This document shows, in pieces, positions 18,236 to 28,575 of a stretch of 64,000 nt of DNA (within the stretch, counting starts at the first letter, position 1; each line of letters starts with the position of its first letter). The position numbers and the translations under genes were made by a program. The notes beneath the pieces are model-generated. The model did no database searches and had not been told where the DNA came from. It saw only the letters and a list, made by a program, of their open reading frames with translations. The stretch is from Thermoanaerobaculia bacterium (lineage in GTDB: Bacteria; Acidobacteriota; Thermoanaerobaculia; UBA5066), in contig JBBRRY010000017.1 in assembly GCA_038245905.1 (NCBI GenBank), forward strand, positions 14,608 through 78,607. Reading direction: 5' to 3'.

Positions 18236-19542
18236 TGAAGATCGTCGACGCGGATACGCTTGCGGGCAAGAAGGAGCTGGAGCGGTTGCTAAAGAGCCGC
18301 CGGGGAGCCGCTCCTGACTTCGCGACGCTGAAGCAGGTCCTGCCGATCGTGGAGGATGTTCTGCGAAGAGGGGAGCCTGCGCTCCGGAAATACGTGAAGT
18401 GCTTCGACCCGTTGCGCGGCGCCCCTTCTTACCCTTCTAAGAAGCTCTTGATCACTCCCCGACGTGAGGAGTCTTCTCGGGTGGATCCGGCGTTTCAGGC
18501 GGCGTTTGTCTTCGCCCGCAAGCGCATCGAGGCTTATCACCGCAAGCAGCTCTCGTCCGTCTCGCCGGGTTTCTCCTTCAAGGACTCTCTCGGCGTCTCC
18601 TTCGTGGAGAGGCCCACGCCGTTCGATTCGGTGGGCGTCTATGTGCCCGGGGGCCGCGCCTTCTATCCGTCCTCGCTTCTCATGGGGGTCGTGCCCGCGC
18701 GCGTCGCGGGCGTCAGGCGAGTCGTCGTCGCGACGCCGCGCGGGGCGTGGGCGTCGAGCCCCGAGCTCCGGTGGGCGGCGGCCGAGCTGGGAGTCGACGA
18801 GGTGCTCCTCGCGGGAGGGGCCCACGGTATCGCCGGCCTCGTGTCCGTCGCGGGCGTCGCGAAGATCGTCGGCCCCGGGAACCGGTTCGTCGCGGCGGCG
18901 AAGCACCTCGTCTCGGGCCTCGTGGCGGTGGACATGCCGGCAGGGCCTTCGGAAGTCGCAATCCTCGCGTCGGCCGATGCGGACCCGGCGCTCGTGGCGG
19001 CGGATCTTCTCGCGCAAGCGGAGCACGATCCCGACGCAAAGTGCTTGCTGTTTACGAGCTCGAGAAGGCTGGCGGACGCCGTTCGATGCGCGGCGCTCTC
19101 GCAGATGGATGCCTTCGAAGAGGATTCTTCTTTGATGGTGATGAGAGCGGCCTTGCGCCGCGGTGGGCGGATCTTTCTATTCAAAGAAATCTCCCGCGCC
19201 GCGTCGGCCTGCGCTGCCGTGTTCGCGGAGCACGTTCAGGTCATGGGCCGGTCTGTCGAGCGCTCGGCGGGTTCTCTCTTTCCCGCTGCCGGAACCTTGT
19301 TCATTGGCCCGTCGACGCCGACCGCGCTCGGGGACTACGTCCTCGGCCCGAATCACGTACTGCCCACAGGCGGTGCCGCGCGCAGCTTCTCGGGTCTCTC
19401 GGTGCGCGACTTCCTGCGCTGGGGGCGATCGGTCTCGGCCCCCGTGAAGGCGGCCCGCCGCCTCGCGCCCGCGGCAGCGGTCCTGGCGCGATTCGAAGGT
19501 CTCGTCGCCCACGCGAGCGCGCTCGACCGGAGAGTCCGGTGA
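18232..19542 (+). CDS. hisD: histidinol dehydrogenase
   Basis: VGVYVPGG, KIVGPGN, DMPAGPSE, DLLAQAEHD and GDYVLGPNHVLPT motifs. Confidence 0.95.
   Translation: MMKIVDADTLAGKKELERLLKSRRGAAPDFATLKQVLPIVEDVLRRGEPALRKYVKCFDPLRGAPSYPSKKLLITPRREESSRVDPAFQAAFVFARKRIEAYHRKQLSSVSPGFSFKDSLGVSFVERPTPFDSVGVYVPGGRAFYPSSLLMGVVPARVAGVRRVVVATPRGAWASSPELRWAAAELGVDEVLLAGGAHGIAGLVSVAGVAKIVGPGNRFVAAAKHLVSGLVAVDMPAGPSEVAILASADADPALVAADLLAQAEHDPDAKCLLFTSSRRLADAVRCAALSQMDAFEEDSSLMVMRAALRRGGRIFLFKEISRAASACAAVFAEHVQVMGRSVERSAGSLFPAAGTLFIGPSTPTALGDYVLGPNHVLPTGGAARSFSGLSVRDFLRWGRSVSAPVKAARRLAPAAAVLARFEGLVAHASALDRRVR
18422..18449 (+). repeat. copy of the dispersed motif inside hisD
   Basis: CCCCTTCTTACCCTTCTAAGAAGCTCTT. 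Confidence 0.7.
19120..19195. repeat. degenerate inverted pair of the dispersed motif inside hisD
   Basis: Minus CTCTCATCACCATCAAAGAAGAATCCTC (19120-19147); plus TCTTTCTATTCAAAGAAATCTCCC (19172-19195). Confidence 0.55.
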
Positions 19543-20606
19543 CCGGCCGGCCCATCCCGGTCCGCGAGGAGATCCGGTCGCTCAGGGCCTATCGCCTCGA
19601 GTCCGAGGACGCCCCCCCTCTCCGAGCGAAGCTGGACTTCAACGAGTCGCCGTTCGACGTGCCCGAGGAAATCCGCGCGGAGGTCCTCGCGCGCCTCGCG
19701 GCGAAGAGATGGGGCCGCTACCCCGAGTTCGGCGCGCCGCGTCTGAAGAGGGCGGTCGCCGAGGCGATTGGCCGGCGGCCCGAAGAGATCGTGGTCGGCA
19801 ACGGGTCTGGTGAGGTCCTTCTCGCGGCGGTCTCCGTCTTCGCGGGGGGCGGCTCTCTCGTCCTTCCGACGCCCACGTTCTCGCTCTACGGACAGATCGC
19901 GGCGATCGCGGCGGCCCGCGTCGTGGACGTGCCGCGCACGGGGCCGGATTTCGAGCTCGTCGAGGACGCATTTCTCGCCGCGGTGTCCCGGCCGCACGCC
20001 GTTCCTCTCGTCTGCTCGCCGAACAACCCGACGGGCGGCGTCGTACGGCGGGAATTCCTGGAGAGGCTGCTCACGGCCGCGCCCGTCGTGCTCCTCGATC
20101 AGGCCTACGTGGATTTCGCGGGGCCCGGCGACGACGGCCTCTCGCTCCTCGATGCCTATCCGAACCTCGTCGTCTTCCGGACGCTCTCGAAGGCGTACGC
20201 GGCCGCGGGCTTCCGGATCGGGTACGCAGTCGCGCCGCCGGAGCTCGCGCGGGAGATCGAGAAGGCCGTCCTGCCGTTCAGCGTCGACCTCGCGGCCGAG
20301 GAGTTGGCGGTCGCCGTCCTCGGGCGTCCAGAGGTTGCGCGGGCCCACCTGGGCAAGATCGTGGCCGAGAGGTTGCGCGTGGCCGCGGCGCTCACGGCGG
20401 CCGGCTGCCTCGTGGCTTCGTCGTCCGCAAATTTTCTCTTCGTGCGTCCGCCGGGCGGCCAGGCGGAGCCGGTCCGCCGGGCGCTTCTCGACAGGGGAAT
20501 CCTCGTGCGCGAAATGACCGCGGCGGCGCCCGGGCGCCTCCGTGTTTCGATCGGATCCCGTGAGGAGAACGATCTTTTCCTCGAAGCGCTTCGGGAGGTG
20601 TTATGA
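19539..20606 (+). CDS. hisC: histidinol-phosphate aminotransferase
   Basis: KLDFNESP, GNGSGE, CSPNNPTG, DQAY and RTLSKAYAAAGFRIGY motifs; GTG overlaps the hisD stop. Confidence 0.93.
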   Translation: MTGRPIPVREEIRSLRAYRLESEDAPPLRAKLDFNESPFDVPEEIRAEVLARLAAKRWGRYPEFGAPRLKRAVAEAIGRRPEEIVVGNGSGEVLLAAVSVFAGGGSLVLPTPTFSLYGQIAAIAAARVVDVPRTGPDFELVEDAFLAAVSRPHAVPLVCSPNNPTGGVVRREFLERLLTAAPVVLLDQAYVDFAGPGDDGLSLLDAYPNLVVFRTLSKAYAAAGFRIGYAVAPPELAREIEKAVLPFSVDLAAEELAVAVLGRPEVARAHLGKIVAERLRVAAALTAAGCLVASSSANFLFVRPPGGQAEPVRRALLDRGILVREMTAAAPGRLRVSIGSREENDLFLEALREVL

Positions 20607-21199
20607 GCAGGGTCGGAACAGTCGAGCGGAAGACGAAGGAGACGGACGTGTCCCTGTCGCTGACGCTCGACGGAGCGGGGCGAACGGACGTGACTACGCC
20701 CGTCGGGTTTCTCTCCCACATGCTCGAGACGATCGCGAAGCACGCGCGCGTCGATCTCACGGTCCGGGCGTCGGGCGACGTGCACATCGACGCCCACCAC
20801 ACGGTCGAGGACGTCGGCCTCGCCTTCGGCGAGGCGCTGGCTCAGGCCCTCGGGTCGCGCGCGGGAATCGAGCGCTTCGGCGAGAGCCTCGTGCCGCTCG
20901 ACGAGGCTCTCGCGCGTTCGGTCGTCGACCTCTCTGGCCGGCCGTACATCGTGTTCGAGTCTCCCATCGACAAAGAGCTCCTCCTTGTCACGAACGACTT
21001 CCCGTTCGCGCTCGTCGAAGAGTTCTGGAAGTCCGCGGCGTTTCGCGGCAAGTTCAACCTCCATGTGGACGTGATCCGCGCCCGGAACGGCCATCACGCG
21101 GCCGAGGCTGTCTTCAAGTCGGCCGCGCGCGCGCTGCGCCAGGCCATGACGATCACGGGCTCAGAGGTTCTCTCGACGAAAGGGACGCTGACGGCATGA
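20603..21199 (+). CDS. hisB: imidazoleglycerol-phosphate dehydratase (monofunctional)
   Basis: RKTKETD, HIDAHHTVEDVG, PLDEAL, NGHHAAEAVFK and STKG motifs. Confidence 0.96.
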   Translation: MSRVGTVERKTKETDVSLSLTLDGAGRTDVTTPVGFLSHMLETIAKHARVDLTVRASGDVHIDAHHTVEDVGLAFGEALAQALGSRAGIERFGESLVPLDEALARSVVDLSGRPYIVFESPIDKELLLVTNDFPFALVEEFWKSAAFRGKFNLHVDVIRARNGHHAAEAVFKSAARALRQAMTITGSEVLSTKGTLTA

Positions 21200-21825
21200 G
21201 CGAAGCCCCCGCGCCGGTGGTCACGCTCGTGGACTACGGGGTCGGTAACACGGCTTCCGTCATCCGCGCCTTCCGCCGGCTCGGCGCCGAGGTGGACTTC
21301 ACGGCCGATCTCGACCGGGTCGCGGCCGCCCGCCGCCTCGTGCTGCCCGGCGTCGCCGCGTTCGCCCCGGCGATGAACCGGCTGCTCGAGACCGGCCTCG
21401 AATCGGCCGTGCGGGCAGCCGTGAAGCGGGGAGGGCGTCTGCTCGGGCTCTGCCTGGGTTTTCAGCTTCTCTTCGAAGAAAGCGAGGAGCACGGCGTTCA
21501 CCGGGGGCTCGGCCTCGTGTCCGGCCGTATCCGGCCCTTCCCGGGCAGCGTGCGGTCGCCTCACGTGGGCTGGAACCGGCTCCTCACTCGCCGGCCGGAC
21601 GGTTTCGTCGCGGGGCTTCAGGACCGGAGCTTCGTCTACTTCGTCCATTCCTTCAGACCCGAGGGCGCCGAAGCCGCGGACGTCGCGGCGGCCTGCGACC
21701 ACGGCGGAGAGTTCCCGGCGATCGTGCAGCGCGGGAACGTCTGGGGTTGTCAGTTCCACCCGGAAAAGTCGTCGGAGAACGGCCGGCTCCTGCTCTCGAA
21801 TTTTCTCGAGGGGGATCCGGCGTGA
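21196..21825 (+). CDS. hisH: imidazole glycerol phosphate synthase, glutaminase subunit
   Basis: DYGVGN, LPGV, GLCLGFQLL, PHVGWN, YFVHS and QFHPEKS motifs. Confidence 0.95.
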   Translation: MSEAPAPVVTLVDYGVGNTASVIRAFRRLGAEVDFTADLDRVAAARRLVLPGVAAFAPAMNRLLETGLESAVRAAVKRGGRLLGLCLGFQLLFEESEEHGVHRGLGLVSGRIRPFPGSVRSPHVGWNRLLTRRPDGFVAGLQDRSFVYFVHSFRPEGAEAADVAAACDHGGEFPAIVQRGNVWGCQFHPEKSSENGRLLLSNFLEGDPA

Positions 21826-22607
21826 ACGGCGGCCGGCTTGCGCTGTGGCCCGCGATCGACCTCATGGGCGGCCGCGTGGTCCGGCTGCTCAGGGGCAAGC
21901 GCGAGGCCGTGACGTTCTACGACGAGCAGCCTTCCGAGGCCGCGAGGCGATTTGCGGCGGAAGGCGCCGACGGCATCCACGTGGTGGATCTCGATGCGGC
22001 ATTCGGAACGGGGGACAACGAAAGCAATCGGAAAGAGATTGAAGAAATACTTTCTGTTTCGGAGGCTTCCGGGGTGGCAGTGCAAGTCGGGGGAGGGCTG
22101 CGCGCCACCGCGGCCGTCGAAGATTTCTTAGAAGGGGTGAGTACCGCTAGGGCAGTTGTCGGCAGCCTGCCGTTCCTCGACCGCCCCGCGTTCACACACC
22201 TTCTAAGAAAATCTTCCTCTTCCGTCTCGGCCCGCATCGTGGTGGCCCTCGATTGCAAGGATGGCCGTCCGACCGTCCGCGGCTGGACCGAGGACGCGGG
22301 AGCGGGTGACGCCGTGTCCGTGGCACGCGAGATGTGGGGCCTCGGCGTCCGGGCGCTCCTCGTCACGGACGTCGCGTGCGACGGGGCCATGACGGGCCCG
22401 AATCTCGAACTCCTCGCCGGAGTGCGCGCCGTCTTTCCGGGCGAGATCCTGGCGTCCGGCGGCATGCGAGGAGAACGGGATCTCGATCCGGTCGACCGCA
22501 CGCTCGCGGGTGGGCCCCGCGGCGCCATCTTCGGCCGCGCATTGCACGGCGGAGTCACCACCATGGCGAAGCTCAAGGCGGCGCGCGACCTCGGGAGGCC
22601 TTCATGA
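21822..22607 (+). CDS. hisA: ProFAR isomerase
   Basis: [35 protein letters not shown] and ASGG motifs. Confidence 0.93.
   Translation: MNGGRLALWPAIDLMGGRVVRLLRGKREAVTFYDEQPSEAARRFAAEGADGIHVVDLDAAFGTGDNESNRKEIEEILSVSEASGVAVQVGGGLRATAAVEDFLEGVSTARAVVGSLPFLDRPAFTHLLRKSSSSVSARIVVALDCKDGRPTVRGWTEDAGAGDAVSVAREMWGLGVRALLVTDVACDGAMTGPNLELLAGVRAVFPGEILASGGMRGERDLDPVDRTLAGGPRGAIFGRALHGGVTTMAKLKAARDLGRPS
22119..22217. repeat. near-perfect inverted pair of the dispersed motif inside hisA
   Basis: GAAGATTTCTTAGAAGG (22119-22135) and CCTTCTAAGAAAATCTTC (22199-22216). Confidence 0.8.
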
Positions 22608-24037
22608 CCCTCGCCGTCCGCGTCATCCCGTGTCTGGACGTCTCGGAAGGCCGCGTCGTAAAGGGCGTCTCGTTCGAAAATCTCCGCGACGCGGGAGATC
22701 CGGTCGAAGCGGCCACGCGCTACGAGGCCGAGGGGGCCGACGAGGTGGCTTTCCTCGACATCGCGGCCGCGCACGAGAAGCGAGGGACGTTCGTGGGGCT
22801 CGTGGGGCGCGTGGCCGAGGCGCTGTCTATTCCCTTCACCGTCGGCGGCGGCGTGCGTTCCGTGGAGGACGCGGACGCGCTCCTCAAGGCCGGGGCCGAC
22901 CGGGTCACGGTGAACACAGCCGCGGTCGAGGACCCTTCCCTCATCACGCGCCTCTCCGAGCGGTTCGGAGCGCAGTGCGTCGTCGTCGCAATCGACGGAA
23001 AGAGGCTGCGCGATCCGAACGGCCTCGCGGTGATGCGCGTGACGACTCACGGGGGGAGGCGGCCCGTAGACCGCACGGTCACATCCTGGGCGGCCGCGGC
23101 GGCGGCAGCAGGAGCCGGCGAGATTCTGCTCACGTCCGTCGACGCGGACGGCACCCAGGCGGGGTTCGATCTCGAAATGCTCCGCGCCGTTCGCTCCGTC
23201 GTGGATGTGCCGGTCGTGGCCTCGGGAGGCGCGGGCCGGCTCGAAGACTTCGCGAAGGCGGTTCTCATCGGGGGCGCCGACGCCGTGCTCGCGGCGTCCG
23301 TCTTCCACGACCGCGTCTTCACGATTGGCGCGGTCAAGGAGGCGATGCGGCGTGCCGGCCTCGTCGTGCGCCCCGCTCCGGCCCGCGCACGTACGCTGCT
23401 TCCCCGCTACGACGAGAACGGGCTCGTGCCCGTGATCATGCGGGACGTCGCGACCGGCAGGGTCCTCACGCTCGCGTGGGCGAACGCGGACGCGATCGCA
23501 AAGACCCGCGAGACCGGCCTCGCGCACTTCTACAGCCGGTCCCGGAAGTCCCTGTGGCGGAAGGGGGAGACGTCGGGGAACATCCAGCACGTCGCGGGAA
23601 TTTCCCTCGACTGCGACGACGATGCCGTGCTGTACGACGTGCGCCCGTCGGGTCCCGCCTGCCACACGGGAGCGGAATCGTGCTTCACGCGCGTGGAGAG
23701 CTTCGACTCCTTCGACGTCCATGGCGCAGTCGCCGACGGGCTCGACCTCACCGAACTGTTCGCCGTCGTGAGGAGCCGGAAGGAATCGCCGGTCGCCGGC
23801 TCGTATACGAGCAAGCTCTTTGACGACGGAATAGCGCGCATCGCACAGAAAGTGGGGGAGGAAGCCGTCGAGACGGCGCTCGCCTCGGTGACAGGCGACG
23901 GCAATGCGCTCGCGGGAGAGGCGGCCGATCTTCTTTATCACCTCGCGGTCCTGCTCACGGCGCGCGGCGTCGCACCGGGCGACGTCGCCGCGAAACTCGC
24001 TGAGCGCCGAGGCGCCGCGAGGCGCGAGAAGCCGTGA
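22604..24037 (+). CDS. hisF-hisIE: HisF-HisI-HisE triple fusion (IGP synthase cyclase, PR-AMP cyclohydrolase, PR-ATP pyrophosphatase)
   Basis: [15 protein letters not shown] (HisF); [22 protein letters not shown] and ACHTG (HisI); GSYT and [16 protein letters not shown] (HisE), all in one frame. Confidence 0.92.
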   Translation: MTLAVRVIPCLDVSEGRVVKGVSFENLRDAGDPVEAATRYEAEGADEVAFLDIAAAHEKRGTFVGLVGRVAEALSIPFTVGGGVRSVEDADALLKAGADRVTVNTAAVEDPSLITRLSERFGAQCVVVAIDGKRLRDPNGLAVMRVTTHGGRRPVDRTVTSWAAAAAAAGAGEILLTSVDADGTQAGFDLEMLRAVRSVVDVPVVASGGAGRLEDFAKAVLIGGADAVLAASVFHDRVFTIGAVKEAMRRAGLVVRPAPARARTLLPRYDENGLVPVIMRDVATGRVLTLAWANADAIAKTRETGLAHFYSRSRKSLWRKGETSGNIQHVAGISLDCDDDAVLYDVRPSGPACHTGAESCFTRVESFDSFDVHGAVADGLDLTELFAVVRSRKESPVAGSYTSKLFDDGIARIAQKVGEEAVETALASVTGDGNALAGEAADLLYHLAVLLTARGVAPGDVAAKLAERRGAARREKP

Positions 24038-25410
24038 GGAATCTCCACCGCCTCGTCGTGGTCGAGAGGCCGGCGGACCTTACGACGCCCGTTGCGCTCA
24101 TGAAGGGCCTTCTTGCCGGCGAGGGGCCGTGCTTCCTTCTCGAATCGGTCGAGGGGGGCGACCGCGTGGCGCGGTGGTCCTTCCTCGGGGCGTCGCCCTC
24201 GGGAGAGATCTCCGGCCAGGATACGGATCCGTTCGCCGCCCTCCGCGCGCTGCCTCGCGGCGAAATGGCGGCAGGCGGGGACGACCTCCCTCCCTTCACG
24301 GGCGGAGCCGTCGGTTACGCGGGCTACGACGCCGTGAGGCGCCTCGAACGCCTCCCCGAAACGAACCCGGACCCGATCGGGCTGCCGGACGCGTGGTTCG
24401 GGATCTTCGACGCGGTCATCGCGTTCGACCATGTGCGGCACCGCCTTCTCTTCGTGACGCATGCCGAAGAGGGCCGGGAGGAAGAGGCGCGCGCTCGTCT
24501 GCACGCGCTCGAGGCGCGCACCCTCACCCGAGGTGGTGAAACGCGCACAGAGACTCTCTCTTCTCTTACCTTCAAAGAATCTTCTCCTCGTTCCTCCTAC
24601 ATCGCGGCGGTCGAGCGCGCGAAGGAGCACATTCGGGCGGGCGACGTGTTTCAGGTCGTCCTCTCGCGCCGCTGGTCCGCACCCTTCGACGGCGACGCCT
24701 TCGCTGTCTACCGCGCGCTCCGGTCCATCAGCCCGTCGCCGTACCAGTACTTCCTGAGGACGCCGCACGGCGCGATCTTCGGAGCCTCGCCCGAGCGACT
24801 CGTGCGCGTCGCGGCGGCCCTCGGCGGCGCGGCCGTGGAGACGATTCCTCTCGCCGGCACCCGCGCGCGCGGCGCGACGCGCGAAGAGGACCTCGCCCTC
24901 GAGAAGGAGCTCCTCGCGGACCCGAAGGAGCGCGCGGAGCACGTGATGCTCGTGGATCTCGGGAGAAACGACCTCGGCCGAGTCGCGAAGGCCGGGAGCG
25001 TGCGCGTGGAAGATTTTTTCCGCGTCGAGCGCTATTCCCACGTGATGCACATCGCCTCGCGCGTGACCGGCGTTCTCGCCGAGGGGAAGGACGCCGTCGA
25101 CGCTCTCGTGGCGACGTTTCCGGCCGGGACGCTTACGGGAGCGCCGAAAATACGCGCGATGGAGATCATCGAGGACCTCGAGCCGGTGCGGCGCGGCGCC
25201 TACGGCGGCACCGTGGGCTACCTCGACTTCGCCGGAAACCTCGACGTGGCTATCGCGATCCGCACGGCGGTCGTCGCGAACGGCATTCTCCACGTGCAGG
25301 CCGGCGCCGGCATCGTCGCCGACTCCGACCCCGAGGCCGAAGCGACCGAGTGCGAGAACAAGGCCCGTGCTCTCATGGGCGCCGTTGCGAAGGCGGGGAC
25401 GTACCGATGA
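24034..25410 (+). CDS. trpE: anthranilate synthase component I
   Basis: [45 protein letters not shown] and [10 protein letters not shown] motifs. Confidence 0.95.
   Translation: MRNLHRLVVVERPADLTTPVALMKGLLAGEGPCFLLESVEGGDRVARWSFLGASPSGEISGQDTDPFAALRALPRGEMAAGGDDLPPFTGGAVGYAGYDAVRRLERLPETNPDPIGLPDAWFGIFDAVIAFDHVRHRLLFVTHAEEGREEEARARLHALEARTLTRGGETRTETLSSLTFKESSPRSSYIAAVERAKEHIRAGDVFQVVLSRRWSAPFDGDAFAVYRALRSISPSPYQYFLRTPHGAIFGASPERLVRVAAALGGAAVETIPLAGTRARGATREEDLALEKELLADPKERAEHVMLVDLGRNDLGRVAKAGSVRVEDFFRVERYSHVMHIASRVTGVLAEGKDAVDALVATFPAGTLTGAPKIRAMEIIEDLEPVRRGAYGGTVGYLDFAGNLDVAIAIRTAVVANGILHVQAGAGIVADSDPEAEATECENKARALMGAVAKAGTYR
24561..24586 (+). repeat. copy of the dispersed motif inside trpE
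   Basis: TTCTCTTACCTTCAAAGAATCTTCTC. Confidence 0.7.
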
Positions 25411-25976
25411 TCCTCGTCGTCGACAACTACGACTCCTTCACGTACAACCTCGTCCAGATCCTCTCCATGTTCGACGGCGACGTACGCGTCGTGCGAAACG
25501 ACGCGCTCAGCGTGGACGCGATCCTCGCTGCGAAGCCGGACCGGCTCGTCGTGTCTCCGGGGCCGGGCCGGCCGGAAGACGCGGGAGTCTCGTGCGAGCT
25601 GATCCGCCGGAACGAGCGGATCCCTCTCTTAGGAGTCTGCCTCGGGCATCAGGCCCTCGGGGCCGTCTTCGGCGGAACGGTCTCCCGCGCGCCGGTCCTC
25701 ATGCACGGCAAGACTTCGGAAATCTCGCACGAGGGAGCGGGCCTTTTCGCGGGGCTCCCGAGCCCGTTCACGGCCACGCGGTACCACTCCCTCGTCGTGG
25801 AGCGGGACTCGGTTCCCGCGGCGCTCCGGATCACCGCCACGACCGATGACGGGCTCGTGATGGGCCTCGCCCATCGGACCCGCCCTCTCGTCGGCGTGCA
25901 GTTCCATCCCGAGTCGATCCTGACGAAAGAGGGGGAGCGGCTCCTGAAGAACTTCGTGGACGGGCGGCTCGCGTGA
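25407..25976 (+). CDS. trpG: anthranilate synthase component II (glutamine amidotransferase)
   Basis: DNYDSFTYNL, SPGPG, GVCLGHQ, RYHSL and GVQFHPES motifs. Confidence 0.95.
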   Translation: MILVVDNYDSFTYNLVQILSMFDGDVRVVRNDALSVDAILAAKPDRLVVSPGPGRPEDAGVSCELIRRNERIPLLGVCLGHQALGAVFGGTVSRAPVLMHGKTSEISHEGAGLFAGLPSPFTATRYHSLVVERDSVPAALRITATTDDGLVMGLAHRTRPLVGVQFHPESILTKEGERLLKNFVDGRLA

Positions 25977-27013
25977 CGACGGCCGCCCATCGCGCGCTCT
26001 GGACGGTGGCGCGTGGCGCGCATCTGACCCGCGCGGAAGCGCGGGCAGCCGTGACGGCGCTTCTCGACGAGGACATCCCCGGGACGATCGTGGCCGGCCT
26101 CCTCGCGGCGCTGGCGGCCCGGGGCGAGACGATCGAGGTCGTGGCGGGCGCCGTGGATGTCCTCCGGGCGCGGGCGGCGCGGCCTCCCGTGGACGCGGCA
26201 CTGGCCGCCCGCTCCATCGACGTCTGCGGAACCGGGGGCGACGGGTTCGGCACCTTCAATGTCTCGACGGCCGCCGCGTTCGTGGTCGCGGGCGCAGGGA
26301 CGCCCGTCGCCAAACACGGGAACCGTGCCGTCTCCTCGGCATGCGGCTCGGCCGACGTCCTCGCAGCGCTTGGTGTCGAAATCGAGATGTCTCCCGTCCG
26401 GGCCGCCGAGGCGCTCGCGCGCGCGAACGTCACTTTCTTCTTCGCGCCGCTCTATCACCCCTCGATGAAGAAGGTAGGCCCGATCCGGCGCGAGCTGGGA
26501 GTCCGCACGGTATTCAACCTCGCCGGACCCCTTTCGAATCCGCTCGGCGTGACGCGGCAGATCGTGGGGGTGGATCATCCCGAGCGGGTGCCCGTGATCG
26601 CGGGAGCCCTCGCGGAGCTCAACACCGAGCGCGCGCTGGTGTTCTCGCACGAGACCGGCGGCGACGAGCTGCTGCCCTTCGGGCGCACGTTCGCGGCAGA
26701 CGTGCGCGGGACCCATGTCGAGCTTCTCGAGCTCTCTGCCCCGGATTTCGGCCTCGAGGAGGGCGAGGGGGCCGATCCCTTGAAGGGCGGGGACGCCCAC
26801 ACGAACGCGGAGATCCTGCGCGCGATCCTGGGAGGCTTCCGGCGCGACGCGCGGGACGTCGTCCTGATGAACGCTGCAGCTGCGCTCGTCGTCTCGGGAC
26901 TGGCCGCTGATTACCGGGAAGGCGTCACGCGGGCGGAACACGCCATCGACGAGGGGAGTGCCCGGGAGGCGCTCGATGCGCTCGTGAGAATCTCGAACGG
27001 GGTCCCGTCCTAA
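25973..27013 (+). CDS. trpD: anthranilate phosphoribosyltransferase
   Basis: DVCGTGGDG..TFNVST, KHGNRAVSS.CGSADVL and RTVFNLAGPL motifs. Confidence 0.95.
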   Translation: MTTAAHRALWTVARGAHLTRAEARAAVTALLDEDIPGTIVAGLLAALAARGETIEVVAGAVDVLRARAARPPVDAALAARSIDVCGTGGDGFGTFNVSTAAAFVVAGAGTPVAKHGNRAVSSACGSADVLAALGVEIEMSPVRAAEALARANVTFFFAPLYHPSMKKVGPIRRELGVRTVFNLAGPLSNPLGVTRQIVGVDHPERVPVIAGALAELNTERALVFSHETGGDELLPFGRTFAADVRGTHVELLELSAPDFGLEEGEGADPLKGGDAHTNAEILRAILGGFRRDARDVVLMNAAAALVVSGLAADYREGVTRAEHAIDEGSAREALDALVRISNGVPS

Positions 27014-27028
27014 GAGGAGTAAGAGGGA

Positions 27029-27271
27029 GAGAAATTTCTTAGAAAGGGTAAGAGGAAGAGGGGATGGGCGGATCGATTCTTGGGGAGATTCTCGCCGCCA
27101 AGCGGCGCCGGATCGCCCGTGGGGAGTTCACGGCCGAGACGGGCGCGCGCGCACGCACCAGCGGGGGTAGGGGCGCGCAGCCCGCGGCGCGGCCCGACGG
27201 CGCGCGCTTCGCCGCGGCCCTTAGGTCTCACCCTTCTCTTTCTTCCTCCTCCATTTCTAAGCAAGTCTTTC
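27029..27271. repeat. inverted pair of the dispersed motif: trpD-trpC intergenic plus trpC 5' region
   Basis: Minus CCTCTTACCCTTTCTAAGAAATTTCTC (27029-27055); plus CCTCCTCCATTTCTAAGCAAGTCTTTC (27245-27271). Confidence 0.7.
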
Positions 27272-28575
27272 CTCTTCCTCTCCTTCTTTCCGAGATCAAG
27301 CACCGCTCCCCGAGCGCGGGCCTGATTCTTCCCGACGCGTCCTCGCGAATCGAGTCCCTCGCGCGCGCCTATCGGCGCGGCGGGGCGTCGGTCCTCTCCG
27401 TCGTCGTCGAGCAGGACTTCTTCGGCGGCGATCCGTCATGGCTGCCCCGCGCGAAGGCTGCGTCCGGGCTGCCCGTCCTGATGAAGGACTTCATCGTGGA
27501 CGAGGCACAGCTGGACTTCGCCGCGGCCCTCGGCGCCGACGCGGTGCTCCTCCTCGTGTCTGCCCTCGAGGACGAGGGGCTTTCGCGCCTCCATGCGGCC
27601 GCGCGCTCCCGCGGTCTCGCGGTCCTCGTGGAGGCGCACGACGAGGCCGAGACCCGGCGGGCGCTGGATGTGGGCGCGGAGGTTGTCGGCGTGAACGCGC
27701 GGGATCTCGAGACGTTCGCCGTCGACCTGCCTGGAATGGCCCGCCTCGGTTCGCTCCTGCCGACGTCAGTCGTCCGCGTGGCCGAGAGCGGCATCAGGAC
27801 CCGAGCGGACATCGAGGCTCTCTCCATGGCGGGCTATGGGGCTTTTCTCGTCGGTGAGACGCTCCTCCGCGCGTCCGACCCGGCGCGCGCCCTGCGCGAG
27901 CTCAAGGGCGAGAACGCGACCGAGATCAAGATCTGCGGCGTCACCCGGGAAGAAGACGTCGACGCGTGCCTGGAGTTCGGCGTGGACTGGATCGGGCTCA
28001 TCTTCGCGGAGCGCTCGCCGCGGAAATTGACGCCAGAGAGAGGAAGAATTCTTCGAATGAGGGCAATGGGGGAGCGCGGTGCGCGACGAGAGGAAGGCGG
28101 GGCTGCGGGCGCCGTCAAGGGTGTGGTGGTTGTCTTCGACGGGGGCGACGAGGAAGAGATTCTTCGAGTCATTGAACTCGTTCGTCCGGACGTCGTTCAA
28201 ATGCCAGATCCCCCTCTTACCCTTCAAAAGAAATTCTCTTCTTTCTCTTTTCTTTCGCTGTGGAACACCCTTCGTGTCGGGAGAGATGACTTGTCGAGTG
28301 CGAATGAGCGGCGCGGCGCCGCTCTCCACTTCGATACGTCGGTGGCCGGGGCGAGCGGTGGCACCGGCAAGACATTCGACTGGACTCTTCTGGACGCCGT
28401 CGATCGATCGCGCCCGCTGATTCTCGCGGGCGGCCTGAATCCCGGAAACGTGGCGGACGCCGTCAGAAGAGTGAAGCCGGACGTCGTGGACGTGGCGTCG
28501 GGAGTGGAGTCCGCGCCCGGAATCAAGGATCGGGCGAAAATCGCCGCATTCGTGAGGGAGGTCCGTGGTGCCTGA
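27064..28575 (+). CDS. trpCF: TrpC-TrpF fusion (indole-3-glycerol phosphate synthase / PRA isomerase)
   Basis: [22 protein letters not shown] and AESGI (TrpC); [25 protein letters not shown] and DVASGVE (TrpF). Confidence 0.93.
   Translation: MGGSILGEILAAKRRRIARGEFTAETGARARTSGGRGAQPAARPDGARFAAALRSHPSLSSSSISKQVFPLPLLLSEIKHRSPSAGLILPDASSRIESLARAYRRGGASVLSVVVEQDFFGGDPSWLPRAKAASGLPVLMKDFIVDEAQLDFAAALGADAVLLLVSALEDEGLSRLHAAARSRGLAVLVEAHDEAETRRALDVGAEVVGVNARDLETFAVDLPGMARLGSLLPTSVVRVAESGIRTRADIEALSMAGYGAFLVGETLLRASDPARALRELKGENATEIKICGVTREEDVDACLEFGVDWIGLIFAERSPRKLTPERGRILRMRAMGERGARREEGGAAGAVKGVVVVFDGGDEEEILRVIELVRPDVVQMPDPPLTLQKKFSSFSFLSLWNTLRVGRDDLSSANERRGAALHFDTSVAGASGGTGKTFDWTLLDAVDRSRPLILAGGLNPGNVADAVRRVKPDVVDVASGVESAPGIKDRAKIAAFVREVRGA
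28043..28238. repeat. inverted copies of the dispersed motif inside the trpF domain
   Basis: Minus CCCATTGCCCTCATTCGAAGAATTCTTC (28043-28070); weak minus copy near 28153-28175; plus CCCCCTCTTACCCTTCAAAAGAAATTCTC (28210-28238). Confidence 0.68.

Noticed and set aside
16289-22604. Long N-terminal extensions of the hisZG, hisC, hisH, hisA and hisF ORFs in the ORF track
   Set aside because: They overlap upstream genes out of frame; stop/start overlaps and family N-terminal motifs give the shorter starts.
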